This document shows positions 42,930 through 53,112 of a stretch of DNA of 64,000 nt, piece after piece (the first letter of the stretch is position 1; the number at the start of each line of letters is the position of its first letter). This DNA comes from Terriglobia bacterium. GTDB taxonomy: Bacteria; Acidobacteriota; Terriglobia; 20CM-2-55-15. The stretch covers positions 1-64,000 of the forward strand of contig CBDCLE010000007.1 of assembly GCA_965218585.1 (NCBI GenBank), written 5' to 3'. The notes beneath the pieces are model-generated. The model ran no database searches. It worked only from the letters and a program-made list of their open reading frames with translations, and was not told the origin of the DNA. Position numbers and translations under genes: made by a program.

Positions 42930-43517
42930 ATGTTACGAACGTCAGCCTTACTCTGTTCGCTGCCTCTATTGCTCGTTGCTTGCGGAGGTGGCGAACCGGC
43001 ATCGTCCGGGGTCGAGGCGGCAGCACCAGCCCAGGAAGTGAACGACGGTTGGAGGGAACCGAGTCCGGATGGACTGCCCACCACCACCGCAGGTTCGCCC
43101 GAAGAGGTCGGACGGTATATTGCGGTCGTCGCGCTTTGTAATGACTGCCACACGCCGAACTGGCTGCCAGCAGGTGACGTCCCCGAGGATCAATGGCTCA
43201 CAGGTAGCCCGGTCGGCTATGAGGGGCCCTGGGGTGTAACGTTCCCGTCGAATCTGCGCCTGTCCGCCCAGGACCGTACGGAGGACGAATGGGTCGAAAT
43301 GTTACAAACGCGGTCGGCCCGCGATCCGATGCCCTGGATCGCTGTCAATCAAATGTCCGAGAGTGATTCGCGGGCCTTCTATCGCTTCCTGCGCAGTCTG
43401 GGCCCGGCGGGCGAACGTATGCCGAACGCGATCATGGCCGGCCAGACGATCACGGAGCCCTATGTATCGCTTCGAGCCTGGGATCCGAACACCACGCTCC
43501 AGGCCGTACCAAACTAG
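42930..43517 (+). CDS. Monoheme c-type cytochrome lipoprotein
   Basis: Lipobox LLVAC; CNDCH; GPWG...PSNLR; PMPW distal Met. Confidence 0.85.
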   Translation: MLRTSALLCSLPLLLVACGGGEPASSGVEAAAPAQEVNDGWREPSPDGLPTTTAGSPEEVGRYIAVVALCNDCHTPNWLPAGDVPEDQWLTGSPVGYEGPWGVTFPSNLRLSAQDRTEDEWVEMLQTRSARDPMPWIAVNQMSESDSRAFYRFLRSLGPAGERMPNAIMAGQTITEPYVSLRAWDPNTTLQAVPN

Positions 43518-43662
43518 TAACGGCCGGTAGCTGCTTATCGTACAAAGAAGAAGTCTTCTGTTTGCAACAGCACCCTGCGACTCGCTGAGGCTGGAACCTT
43601 CGACGAGCTGGCTGAGGGGGAAGGTGTCTTTGGTTCCTTGATGGCCAAACAGCGGACCTAGT

Positions 43663-44685
43663 TTGGAATCCGCAGGGCAGCTGGACCAAGGGAAGTTGGA
43701 AATCGCCGTTAAGCACGAAATCCAGAGCCTTCCTCGTTTTTGCAGGCTCTACCGATCCGCTTTCAGTAGCGGCCACGGTGGAAGTGTCGGGCGGCTTGGG
43801 CAAGCCTTCAGCCGCCTCGCGTACTACGCCATGGATCTGTTCGACATTGGTGATTCGACTATCCGGGCCAGGATCAATGTTCGCGGTGAGATGAAGACGG
43901 TCCAGCTGAACGGGAGGAACCGACAGTTCAACCCTCTCTATTTTGCAAAGTACGCCCTGGCTTACGAACCGGAAGTCGCGCTGGCGATCAAAGACTTTTA
44001 CAGTGATGACATGGTATTCCTCGATGTCGGCAGTAACTGGGGATACTTCTCCATTCACGTAGCCTCCCAAACCGATTTCAAAGGGATCGTTCACGCGTTT
44101 GAACCCTTTCCGGCCTCGTTCGCGGATCTGGACCGGCTCGTCTCCGACCTCGGTCTGGCCGGGTCCGTTTCCTGCCATCCGATTGCGCTTGGCGCTGAAG
44201 AGACGGAGCTTTCGATGACAAATCCAAGGCACAGCGGGTTGGCGATGCTGGACAGGGATGCCAAAGGCCCCCGGGTTCCGGTACGAACTCTGGACTCTCT
44301 GAGTTTTGGGAGAGTCGATCTGATCAAGATGGACCTTGAAGGTTTTGAATATGATTTTCTAAGAGGGGGTGATGCAACCATCGCCAGCCACCGCCCTGTC
44401 ATCGTATTCGAGAGCGACACCAAGCACGAAAACTCGGCGAGGACTCTATCCGTGTTCGACGACCTGTCTTACCGGTTGTTCATTCCACGTATCGGAATTG
44501 AGACCGAGAGGGGGCGTATTGAGACGTTCCAGCTTTACGAATTGGATGCGACCAGGCTCGATGAATACCGGAACTACTACGATCCGATCACTCCCGAGTC
44601 GCGGAACGAACATGCCGGATACCTGAATCTGGTGGCGATACCAGCAGAAAGAGAAGGTACGATAGATCGGATGTTTAAGAGGTAA
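43663..44685 (+). CDS. FkbM-family methyltransferase
   Basis: DVGSNWGYFS, AFEP, TLDS, IKMDLEG.E; start uncertain. Confidence 0.85.
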   Translation: MESAGQLDQGKLEIAVKHEIQSLPRFCRLYRSAFSSGHGGSVGRLGQAFSRLAYYAMDLFDIGDSTIRARINVRGEMKTVQLNGRNRQFNPLYFAKYALAYEPEVALAIKDFYSDDMVFLDVGSNWGYFSIHVASQTDFKGIVHAFEPFPASFADLDRLVSDLGLAGSVSCHPIALGAEETELSMTNPRHSGLAMLDRDAKGPRVPVRTLDSLSFGRVDLIKMDLEGFEYDFLRGGDATIASHRPVIVFESDTKHENSARTLSVFDDLSYRLFIPRIGIETERGRIETFQLYELDATRLDEYRNYYDPITPESRNEHAGYLNLVAIPAEREGTIDRMFKR

Positions 44686-44764
44686 CGGCTATCGAGCCTC
44701 CTTCATTCGACGTGTGTTAGCCGAACTCGGGAGTCGTCGATAGCCATAGATCAGAGGGAGAATC

Positions 44765-45304
44765 ATGACGACACGCATTGCAAGATCGGCCGTTTTTTGC
44801 ATGGCCCTGGTTGCGGCATTCCTTCTGGGATTCGCTCTCGACACGCCCGGGCGAGCCCAGACCCTGACCGACGCCGAACAACTGGAGGCCAATAAGCAAC
44901 TCCTGCTGGATTTCTTCGCCTTCCAGGGCGGGACCCGGGAAGAACGATCAGAGCTTTTCATGGTCGAGGATTACATCCAGCACAACCCGAGATTTCTCCG
45001 GATGGACGAAATCACGGGTGCCACTGGCCGGGAGGCCTGGCTGAGAGCTGGAGAAGAAGGACGCAATCGCGGTATTCGATTGGTGGACCTCGGTGGCATC
45101 CCCTTGCGCGATCCTGTGATCGTGATGGCAGAGGGAGATCTGGTCACCGCGATCTACAAAGGTGTGCTACCGGACCCCGATGACGCGAGCCGAACGTATG
45201 AAGCTTTCGCCTTCGAGACCGTTAGAGTCCGCGACGGCAAGTTTGCCGAACACTGGGATCAGGTTGCGCTGGCCGAGGGTTGGATGGAACCGCGCCAGGA
45301 ATAG
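44765..45304 (+). CDS. Secreted SnoaL/NTF2-like protein
   Basis: Signal peptide; ANKQL, DYIQHNP, AEGDLV, R..DGK..EHWD. Confidence 0.8.
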   Translation: MTTRIARSAVFCMALVAAFLLGFALDTPGRAQTLTDAEQLEANKQLLLDFFAFQGGTREERSELFMVEDYIQHNPRFLRMDEITGATGREAWLRAGEEGRNRGIRLVDLGGIPLRDPVIVMAEGDLVTAIYKGVLPDPDDASRTYEAFAFETVRVRDGKFAEHWDQVALAEGWMEPRQE

Positions 45305-45321
45305 GAAAGACGAGTTGATTC

Positions 45322-47392
45322 CTATCGGATTGAGAACGGTATCACGAAGTAGTCGGTATCCAGTCCGGCATCGACCGGTTCGAGCGCGCTGATTTCGAAC
45401 GGCGCGCCTATCCGGTTACCGGCAAGGTCTTCCAGAAACGAGAACACGAGGATCGAATGTTCCCCCCCGGCCCATTCTTCGTGAGGAAGAAAGGTCCACT
45501 CGGTCTCACCTTCGCTGATCTCAATCTCTCCTTCGATCGGATCACCCGATCGGGTTGTTACTTTTAGCGCACGCGACAGGAGGCCATGGTCCAGCGGCTC
45601 GGGAAACGACACTACCAGGCCTTCACGCGTACCCTTCCCGGGGAGCTCGGACAAATCCCAGCGCACCAGGTCGATCGGTTCCATGTCGGGTGGACCCACG
45701 CGGAACTCCTTCTGAAATCCCGCTATGAGCGGATTACCCTCCGCGTCGGGCCAGGCGCTGTCGACCAGGAGCGTATAACGTTGCGCCCTCGGCCACGGAT
45801 CGGCCCAGTTCATCGCTGAGCACCAGGCCCTGCTTGATGCGGCCGGGATCGAAAAAGACCGTGTAGCGTTGCCGCGCAGGATCCCACAATCCCGTTCCCA
45901 GAACATCGCCCAGGGGAAGGAATGCCGACCGGACTTCGTGGCCAGTCTCATCGAGTAGTTTGACGTAGGGTAGACCGCTGCTGGCGCGCATGGGTTCCGA
46001 GAAGTAGATGTATACCTTGAGCTGATTTTCGGGCAGGACGCTTGCGGTCGGATAGACACGCGCCACTCGCGCAGTGGGCGTTGTTGCCCGAGCCGGCAGA
46101 GCCACGACCGAAACCCCTGGCAAGCGCGTCTTCGCGTCGACATAAGGAGAGGGATCGAAAGTTACGACGTAGGCGCGCCCCGGGTCGAGAGGAAACATCG
46201 GGGTGAAGCGAACGAGGCCCTCTTCGATGGAGTAGGATCCGAGTACCGGCGGAATACCCGCGGTGGCCTCGAGCGTGTCTTGCTGGACGGCGATTCGTAG
46301 GACCTGTTCCCATTGCCCGCGATTCAGCTTCAAGCCGTCCAGAGCAGCGAGGGTTCCTGAATCGAGGCCTTGCACTTCGATCGAACTAGGGTGTGTTAAC
46401 ACTAACGTAGTGCCTCGACGATGAGTGCGAAGTGAAGGAAGGCGAGGAACATGACGTCGAGTTTATCGAAACGGGAGAAGATACGCCGAAAACCCTTGAG
46501 TCGGCGGAAGAGCCTCTCGACTTCGTTCCTGCGGCGGTAGAGCACGCGGTCGTATTCCCACGGCTCCAGGCGGTTGCGCTTGGGCGGCACGACGGGAATC
46601 CACCCAAAATCCAGAGCCAATTGGCGGGTCTGGTCGTCCTGGTAGGCACGGTCCATCAGCAGCGGCAGCGGCGCGGGCAACGGCCCCAGGCCGGCGAGCA
46701 GATCGCGGCCCTGCGGGGCGTCGTGCGCTTGGCCGGGCGAGAGCGCAAACGTTATCGCCGTTCGAGCATTCGCGGCAACCAGATGAATCTTGGTGGTCCA
46801 TCCACCGCGGGATTTGCCGATCGCTTGCGGACCGTTTTTTTTAACGCTCCCGTGCCGTCGGGATGCACCTTCACAATGGTCGAGTCCATCGAAACGGCTT
46901 CCACCCGGATGCGCACCAGTTGCTCGCGCTGGAGTTTTTCGAAGACGGCGTCGAGCACCCCGTTCTTGGACCAGCGGTTCATCCGGGTGTAGATGGTGTG
47001 CCAGTTGCCAAAGCGCTTGGGCAGACCGCGCCACTTGCAGCCCTGCTCAGCCACATACAAAATGGCGTTCAAGACCGTCAGGTTCGAAAGACTGACGTTG
47101 CCCCGCTGACGCGGCAGTTCCGGCTCGATGCGACAATACTGCTCCTGTGTGATCTCCATGCCTGATTATAAAACATTCATGCTCATTAGTGTTAACACGC
47201 TCTAGATTCGCCGTTTGGAGAAACTGCCAGACGAATCTCAGGAACGGGGCCCGCGATCGAACCCGAATCCGCAGTGCCGTCCCTCTGGCCACACCCCGAT
47301 GCCAGGACCGAAATCAGCAGGAGGCCAAGCCACACGCAAGTGTGGCGCGGGTCTTGGGAGACTCGCGCCACATTAAGCCAACTGAGGTACAT
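45322..47392 (-). pseudogene. Hypothetical lipoprotein interrupted by IS5 and carrying a +1 frameshift near 45785
   Basis: Lipobox ASGC; removing the IS joins NGES|SSIEVQ in frame; frames switch at GRSVAEG/QRYTLLVD. Confidence 0.75.
46389..47202 (-). mobile_element. IS5-family (IS427-like) element with a two-ORF frameshifted transposase (47159-46752 and to 46402)
   Basis: IRs gggtgtgttaacacta / tagtgttaacacgctc; TA duplicated in a cTAg target; A8 slippery run; GKSRGG.TTKIH, DRAY, RNEVER.F..LK.FRRI. Confidence 0.92.
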
Positions 47393-47410
47393 CGTTCTTT
47401 GACGTAGACG

Positions 47411-48559
47411 TCAGGGAAGCGCTATCACGTCGAGATCGGTTGCACCCGAGCCGTTGCGTATCGCAATCACTCCTGAAGTTTCGTCCAGCATGGCGAGTTG
47501 CAACGTTCCTTCCATATGGTCGATGGATTCAAACGGCACTCCAGCGATGTCTTCCGCTTCGGCCACTCTTTCGGTGATTGCTTCCTGATGTGCCACGTCA
47601 TCCATCGTCATTTTCATCACGCCCTTGCTGACAGTCGTGATCAGCAGAATATCCTCACCGCCCTGCTCGTACACGATCATGTCCAGCGGGCGGTTGAACG
47701 CGCCCATCTCGGCGATCGTCGTGCCTCTGACTTTTCCGGTGAGGGCGTTCCCGGCAGCGAGAGCGGCGGTCGAGAATCGAACCAGCGGTGTACAGAAATA
47801 CCCGGCGATCAGGTTCTGCTCGCCGTCCATGTCATAGGGTACGAACGTATAGACGGGAGCCCGCGTTTCGAACGCGCCGTGCGAGGCGTGCCAGATTTCG
47901 ACGCTGCTTCCCGTTCCAGCTCCCGAAAACGGGTAGGCCACCGAGCGCAGCTTGGACACGAATTCCTCATTCGAGAGCCCCGACACAAGAAGTTGGCCGT
48001 CAAGGTACACCATGTCCGTGACCGTCTCCATCCGCCGGTTCTCGGCGCCTGAGTATACCGGCCGCGGTCTGGACCGTCGACTGGGCGACACGAAGTCGTC
48101 CGCAGGGTTGGGCAACTCCACCTGCGTGTATGCGATCTGATCGAGCGCAATGACGTCGATCGTTCCCGCGCCGTCTACCCGCAGCAACACAGGAGCACCG
48201 CGCTCACCCGTTCCGCGTGAGACTGAGAGAAACGTATTCCTCGAGTCGGGACTCACGGCGATGTCGTTGATCAGAATCTCATCCGCGTCTGTGCCCAACA
48301 TGGCGGCAATTTTCTGGTCGAGGCCGTCAACGGATGCTGTCCCTTGAGCAGAGCCCAATTCTTCATCCCCCAGCCGGAGGGCGAAGATCCTCGCTGCCAT
48401 GTTGTCGGCTATGAAGAGCGTGTTTTCTGGACCGAACGCGAGCGGCCCGGCCGACGTCAGGTTCGGGTTTACGGTCGGTTGACGCTGAGCCGACGACCAG
48501 GACGTTGCAAGGATTAGAATGACGATAATCCCGCTGATGGTAAATAACCACTTTCTCAT
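47411..48559 (-). CDS. Secreted hypothetical protein (beta-propeller-like)
   Basis: Signal peptide; SAGPLAFGP..LF.AD, GLSNEEF.SKLR, H.SHG.FET.AP, CTPLV. Confidence 0.75.
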   Translation of the reverse strand: MRKWLFTISGIIVILILATSWSSAQRQPTVNPNLTSAGPLAFGPENTLFIADNMAARIFALRLGDEELGSAQGTASVDGLDQKIAAMLGTDADEILINDIAVSPDSRNTFLSVSRGTGERGAPVLLRVDGAGTIDVIALDQIAYTQVELPNPADDFVSPSRRSRPRPVYSGAENRRMETVTDMVYLDGQLLVSGLSNEEFVSKLRSVAYPFSGAGTGSSVEIWHASHGAFETRAPVYTFVPYDMDGEQNLIAGYFCTPLVRFSTAALAAGNALTGKVRGTTIAEMGAFNRPLDMIVYEQGGEDILLITTVSKGVMKMTMDDVAHQEAITERVAEAEDIAGVPFESIDHMEGTLQLAMLDETSGVIAIRNGSGATDLDVIALP

Positions 48560-48631
48560 TGTGTTTCTCCCTCTCGAAACGATTAATCGATTGTAGTTGC
48601 CAGAAACCGAATGTGAGCGACCATTCCAGTC

Positions 48632-49570
48632 TCAGCGAACCTCGTTAACGCGCTCTAAAAAATCCTGCACAGCAATGGTGGCCGCCTCGCCGGGCTGTCC
48701 AACGGCCTGGTTAATGCTGTTATGATTCTTGTCCCACAGCGGCACCATTTCTGTCTGAAAACCGGCTGAACGCAGGGGTTCGGCCATCATTTCGTTCTGT
48801 TCCTGGCTATTCACACCGCCGATCCGGGTTCCACCGCCGACGAAAATCATGAAGAACGGAGGGATGGCCTTGTCGGCAGAGACCTGGGTGACGGGCGAAG
48901 CCTTCGCCCATACGGCAGGATCGGTGCCGAACATTCCTGCCAGTCCCTGGGGGCTTCTCTGCCGGAGTTCGTAACCTGCGGCATCGATCGGGATGACGCC
49001 CTTGAGGAGCGACAGGTCCTTGCCGGCGTTTTCCAGAAAGTCGGCGTCAGTCGCCACCTGGGCGGCCATAACGCCGCCGACGTCCCACCCCATGAGGACG
49101 ATTGTTTCAGGATCGCCCCCGTAGTCATCGACGTTGTCATCGAGCCAGGCCAGTGCGTTGGCGATGTCCTGCGTGTTGTCCGGATACCGCGCTTCCGGTG
49201 TCAGGCGGTAATTGACGCTGACGAAGACATAGCCCATTTCGTGCGTGAAGTACCCGGGCTTGGAATCCAGCTCCGCCAGGTCGGCCTTGTCGCCGCTGCC
49301 AAACCCTCCACCGTGCGCGTAGACCAGGACCGGCGCTCCGTCCGGCATCGGTTCCGGAACGTAGATGTCCAGACTCGTGAGTGATGTGTCGGCAGTAGAG
49401 TCGTCGTACACGATGTCCTGATACCACGTCAACTGAATGTTGTAGAAGGGAGGTACGCCTCCATCCATATGGAGGTGACGCGTCCCGGATTCGTGCGCCA
49501 GGAGCGTGGACCCCGTGGCTGCGATTCCGAGCAACATAACTGCTGAGGCTGCCAAAATTTTGATCCGCAT
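48632..49570 (-). CDS. Secreted alpha/beta hydrolase-like protein
   Basis: LDIY.P, HGGGF, VNYRL.P; nucleophile elbow reads GWDVG rather than GxSxG. Confidence 0.8.
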   Translation of the reverse strand: MRIKILAASAVMLLGIAATGSTLLAHESGTRHLHMDGGVPPFYNIQLTWYQDIVYDDSTADTSLTSLDIYVPEPMPDGAPVLVYAHGGGFGSGDKADLAELDSKPGYFTHEMGYVFVSVNYRLTPEARYPDNTQDIANALAWLDDNVDDYGGDPETIVLMGWDVGGVMAAQVATDADFLENAGKDLSLLKGVIPIDAAGYELRQRSPQGLAGMFGTDPAVWAKASPVTQVSADKAIPPFFMIFVGGGTRIGGVNSQEQNEMMAEPLRSAGFQTEMVPLWDKNHNSINQAVGQPGEAATIAVQDFLERVNEVR

Positions 49571-49663
49571 AAACTTCCTCCCCTTTTGCCGAATGACCCA
49601 GTGAAGCGGAGTATAAAATGATGGCAGTTTTACTTCAACTTATCGAGGAAGGAAATTCGGCTC

Positions 49664-50443
49664 ATGAATAAAAAGCGCGTTCTCATAGCCCTCGCGGCTG
49701 TGGTCGGAGTTCTGGTAATAACGGTTGGGGCTTTGGTGGCCTCCACGTTTATGGGGCTTCAGGGTATTCCGGAAAATTTTGAATTAAACGAAGTCCATCT
49801 CGTTGTGGATGATTTTGTGGGACTCGGCCTGGTCGAGGCCGGAGGAGGAGAGGTTGCCCTGATAGACGCGGGCATCGATCCCGAGGGAACAGCTATTCTG
49901 GAAGCGCTGTCCGGATTGGGTATGGGTCCCGAGGCGGTCACGGCGATCTTCCTGACACACGGACATCCGGATCACACGGCTGCCTCCCGGTTGTTTCCCA
50001 ACGCCGAGGTCATGGCGATGGCCGAAGATGTCGATCTTGTAGCCGGACGGGTGAGGCCAGGGAGTCCTCTGGGGAGGGTCATGCCGTCCTCCCCGACGGG
50101 AATCGAAGTGACGCGGCCTTTGCGTGACCTGGAAACTTTTCAGGTAGGTGAGACCGAAGTGCGTGCCTATCACATGCCCGGACATTCTTCTGGAAGTGCC
50201 GCCTATCTCGTCAATGGCCTGCTCTTCCTTGGCGACGAAGCCAATGCTTCGAGCGATGGTGAACTGGAAGGGACGCGATGGTTCGTGAGTGAAGATGTAG
50301 ATCAGGCCGACGCCTCGCTGGTTCGCCTGGAGCAGCAGCTTCGACAGGAGAACGCCGATGTCGATGCGATCGTATTTGCGCATTCCGGAGTTCTCACCGA
50401 AGGCATCGAACCGCTGACCGCTTTTGCCGAAGACAATCAATAG
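49664..50443 (+). CDS. MBL-fold metallo-hydrolase, membrane-anchored
   Basis: LIDAG, THGHPDH, PGHS, GD, AH. Confidence 0.88.
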   Translation: MNKKRVLIALAAVVGVLVITVGALVASTFMGLQGIPENFELNEVHLVVDDFVGLGLVEAGGGEVALIDAGIDPEGTAILEALSGLGMGPEAVTAIFLTHGHPDHTAASRLFPNAEVMAMAEDVDLVAGRVRPGSPLGRVMPSSPTGIEVTRPLRDLETFQVGETEVRAYHMPGHSSGSAAYLVNGLLFLGDEANASSDGELEGTRWFVSEDVDQADASLVRLEQQLRQENADVDAIVFAHSGVLTEGIEPLTAFAEDNQ

Positions 50444-50467
50444 GTTTCCTTGCAGAGTTAAGGACAC

Positions 50468-50498
50468 AAAAAAAGCGCCCCATCGCGGGGCGCTTTTG
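50468..50498. terminator. Bidirectional rho-independent terminator
   Basis: aaaagcgcccc-atcgc-ggggcgctttt between convergent genes. Confidence 0.8.
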
Positions 50499-50519
50499 CG
50501 TTGTATCCAGTATGCGTTA

Positions 50520-51620
50520 CTAATTGCTGGTGAGATCCGTGTAAACCGCTTCGACGAAGTCTTCCGTCGTCCAGAAGGCGTTGGAGCCGCCGCCCCACCG
50601 CACGTCGTAATCGGAGGTCAACCCTTCACTCTGAGTTTGTTCCAGCGTTAAGCCACGGTTGATCGCATCTGCGATGCGGTCTCGCAGGATCGTCGTCATG
50701 TCCCGGTAGTAACCCACGTCGCCGAGGTCGGACATACGCCCATGTCCGGGGATGATGATCGTGCCGCCTTCAAGGCGGAACTCGGCGAACCCGAGATCCA
50801 GGATGTAGTTCAAGGAGTCGATGATTCCCTGGATGCTCCCGCCACTGTCGAGGTCGACGATCGGATACGACGTCTGAGTGAAGATGTCTCCGGTCGAAAT
50901 CACATCCGATCTCCGGAACCAGACCATCGAGTCGCCGTCGGTATGGGCGTTGGGTTGATGGATCATCTGGACGCCTTCACCGTTGAAATAAGGCAGCTTG
51001 TAGTACTCACCGATGTAGGTTTCGGTGGGCCACAGCTCCAAATCCACCTCGGTTTCAGGACTGTCACCAAACCCGTTGCTCATCCGCAAGAGCACGTTTT
51101 CGTGCGCCACGATTGACGCGGTTTCGATGACATCCCGGACACTGCCGAGAATATTGCCGGCGGAGATCGTCGCTCCGGCTCGCGCCAATGCCCCGTTGCC
51201 TCCGGTGTGGTCGCCATGCCGGTGTGTGTTCAGAACCCAGCGAATCGGCTTGGGCGGCGCGTTGGTCTCCATGATCAGTTCCAGTGAAGAACGCGAATCG
51301 GCTCCGAAGCGACCGTAGCTGGCGCGCTCTGCCGGCTGGATTGAAAGCAGGTTCGCGAGGCTCTGGATCACTTCCAGAATGTCATCGCTTCTGCCGGCGA
51401 GACCGGTATCCACCAGCAGCGTTCCGTCCAGTCCGACCGAGGCGGTGGTGTTGCCGCCCGCACCCGCGATCATGTAAATCGGGCCCCTCACGTGGAGCAC
51501 GTCCAGTTCGGCTGCCTGCGCGTCGGCGCGCTCGGTCAGGCCGGTCGTGAAGACAACGCCGAGGGCCAAGGCCGTCAGAGCGCCGAGTCCGACCCAATGA
51601 GTGAGAATCTTTAGCTTCAT
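50520..51620 (-). CDS. Secreted MBL-fold metallo-hydrolase (cyclase-like)
   Basis: GAGGN, VDTG, NTHRHGDHTGGN, AHTDGD, TGD, PGHG. Confidence 0.88.
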   Translation of the reverse strand: MKLKILTHWVGLGALTALALGVVFTTGLTERADAQAAELDVLHVRGPIYMIAGAGGNTTASVGLDGTLLVDTGLAGRSDDILEVIQSLANLLSIQPAERASYGRFGADSRSSLELIMETNAPPKPIRWVLNTHRHGDHTGGNGALARAGATISAGNILGSVRDVIETASIVAHENVLLRMSNGFGDSPETEVDLELWPTETYIGEYYKLPYFNGEGVQMIHQPNAHTDGDSMVWFRRSDVISTGDIFTQTSYPIVDLDSGGSIQGIIDSLNYILDLGFAEFRLEGGTIIIPGHGRMSDLGDVGYYRDMTTILRDRIADAINRGLTLEQTQSEGLTSDYDVRWGGGSNAFWTTEDFVEAVYTDLTSN

Positions 51621-51719
51621 GTTTCGGAATTTCCTAGTTTAAGGTCTTGGCGCAAAGCCTCCACCGTGCGATAATCGTTTTGTTAATAAGCGATTCCACA
51701 CGATGAAAGGCAAAGCGTC

Positions 51720-52280
51720 ATGAACATTGTACAGGTTTTCGAGCGGTTCCCCACCCAACAATCCTGCATCAACCATCTTGAGAAAGCCCGCTGGGGCGGA
51801 AAGCCCCGCTGCCCATACTGCGGGTCCGGGAATACGGCCCGGTCGCAGCACCGCCACCGCTGCTACACCTGCAAGACTTCGTTCAGTGTAACGGTCGGCA
51901 CGATCTTCCACCATACGCACCTTCCCCTTCAGAAGTGGTTCCTGGCCGTTACGCTGATGCTGAACGCGAAGAAGGGACTCTCCGCACTCCAACTCTCCCG
52001 CGATATCGAAGCCAACAAGAACACGGCTTGGCGGATCTCAATGCAGATTCGCAAAGCCATGAGGCAATCCGCCCAGCGTAGCCTTCTGACCGGCATTGTC
52101 GAGATGGATGAAACCTACATCGGCGGAAAGCCGAGGAAGGGCGGGCCACCCTCCAAGCCGGGACGCGGCACGAAGAAAACTCCTGTTGTCGGGGCAGCCG
52201 AGCGCGGCGGGCGAGTCACGGCGAAAGTGACGAAGAAATCCTGGTTTCGACTGAAATCAAGCGTGTTTCTATTCCGGTAA
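51720..52280 (+). pseudogene. IS1595 transposase, N-terminal part; the C-terminal piece lies inverted at about 54012-54125
   Basis: CPYCG, C..C..SFSVTVGTIF, L.KWF, EMDETYIGG; minus-strand HLQKYVDEFCYRYN near 54100. Confidence 0.85.
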
Positions 52281-52461
52281 GTCTGCCCTCGACGCCAGCC
52301 ATCCGGGTCTCCAATGCGATCATGCGATTCTCGACCCCTGTCATCCTGCCCTGAATATCTCTCAAGAGCGCATAGATATTGTTCGCGGTTTCATTCAGGG
52401 TCGCATTCAATGTCTGAATCGATGCTTCCAATGCGGTGAGCTTTTCTTCCGTTGTTGCCAT
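52216..52461 (-). CDS. Coiled-coil passenger protein with heptad repeats, probably truncated by the inversion
   Basis: R(M/L)xx(V/L/I)ExR repeats. Confidence 0.6.
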   Translation of the reverse strand: MATTEEKLTALEASIQTLNATLNETANNIYALLRDIQGRMTGVENRMIALETRMAGVEGRLTGIETRLISVETRISSSLSP

Positions 52462-52491
52462 TGCTTTCTCCTTTCAAGAGAAGAAGCAATC

Positions 52492-52920
52492 TTACCTCAA
52501 GGACCCACCGCTTGCCCCCTGGAGAAGACAGTGAACGGCAGAACCCCGATATATGTAGACTGTCATGCCAAGTGAAATCTCTTCATAATACACACAGGCT
52601 TGGCTCCCGATTTTTTCCACCTCGATATATCCAGCACCGCTAGGTTCGATGGAATAGTGATAGATCGCCTGAGGGTTTCTTGGAGGAATATATATCAGTG
52701 GCCGTCCGCCTCGACTTTCCCAAAAATAGTTGTCGCCATTCTTGACAATCCGAGTGCGGAATTCCAGTGTTTCATCGGCAGTCAGCAGAGCACGATTGGC
52801 GCTGTCCACATCTGTAATGACTCTGACATAGGGATGGCCATCAAAAATCGTATCGGACTGACCGAGCATCGGCAAGGCGCACGCCAGCACCAAAAGCGCG
52901 ATCAAAAACAGTCTGTGCAT
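52492..52920 (-). CDS. Secreted hypothetical passenger protein
   Basis: GGAGG RBS, signal peptide MHRLFLIALLVLACALP. Confidence 0.6.
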   Translation of the reverse strand: MHRLFLIALLVLACALPMLGQSDTIFDGHPYVRVITDVDSANRALLTADETLEFRTRIVKNGDNYFWESRGGRPLIYIPPRNPQAIYHYSIEPSGAGYIEVEKIGSQACVYYEEISLGMTVYIYRGSAVHCLLQGASGGSLR

Positions 52921-53112
52921 TTGGAACCTCCTGGACGGATCGCCAACCGGCCTACACAGGAGGATGAACAGAGAGAGGCTTGTGAAGTAGAATACTTTGT
53001 AGGCCGACTCTTCCTCCTGCATAGGACGAGTTGGCTTAGAGGCCGCTAAGTGCTTGAACACTTGGCGGCTTCGACCCACTTCCGCAAGTCTAGCAGATTT
53101 CCTTTAGAGCGG

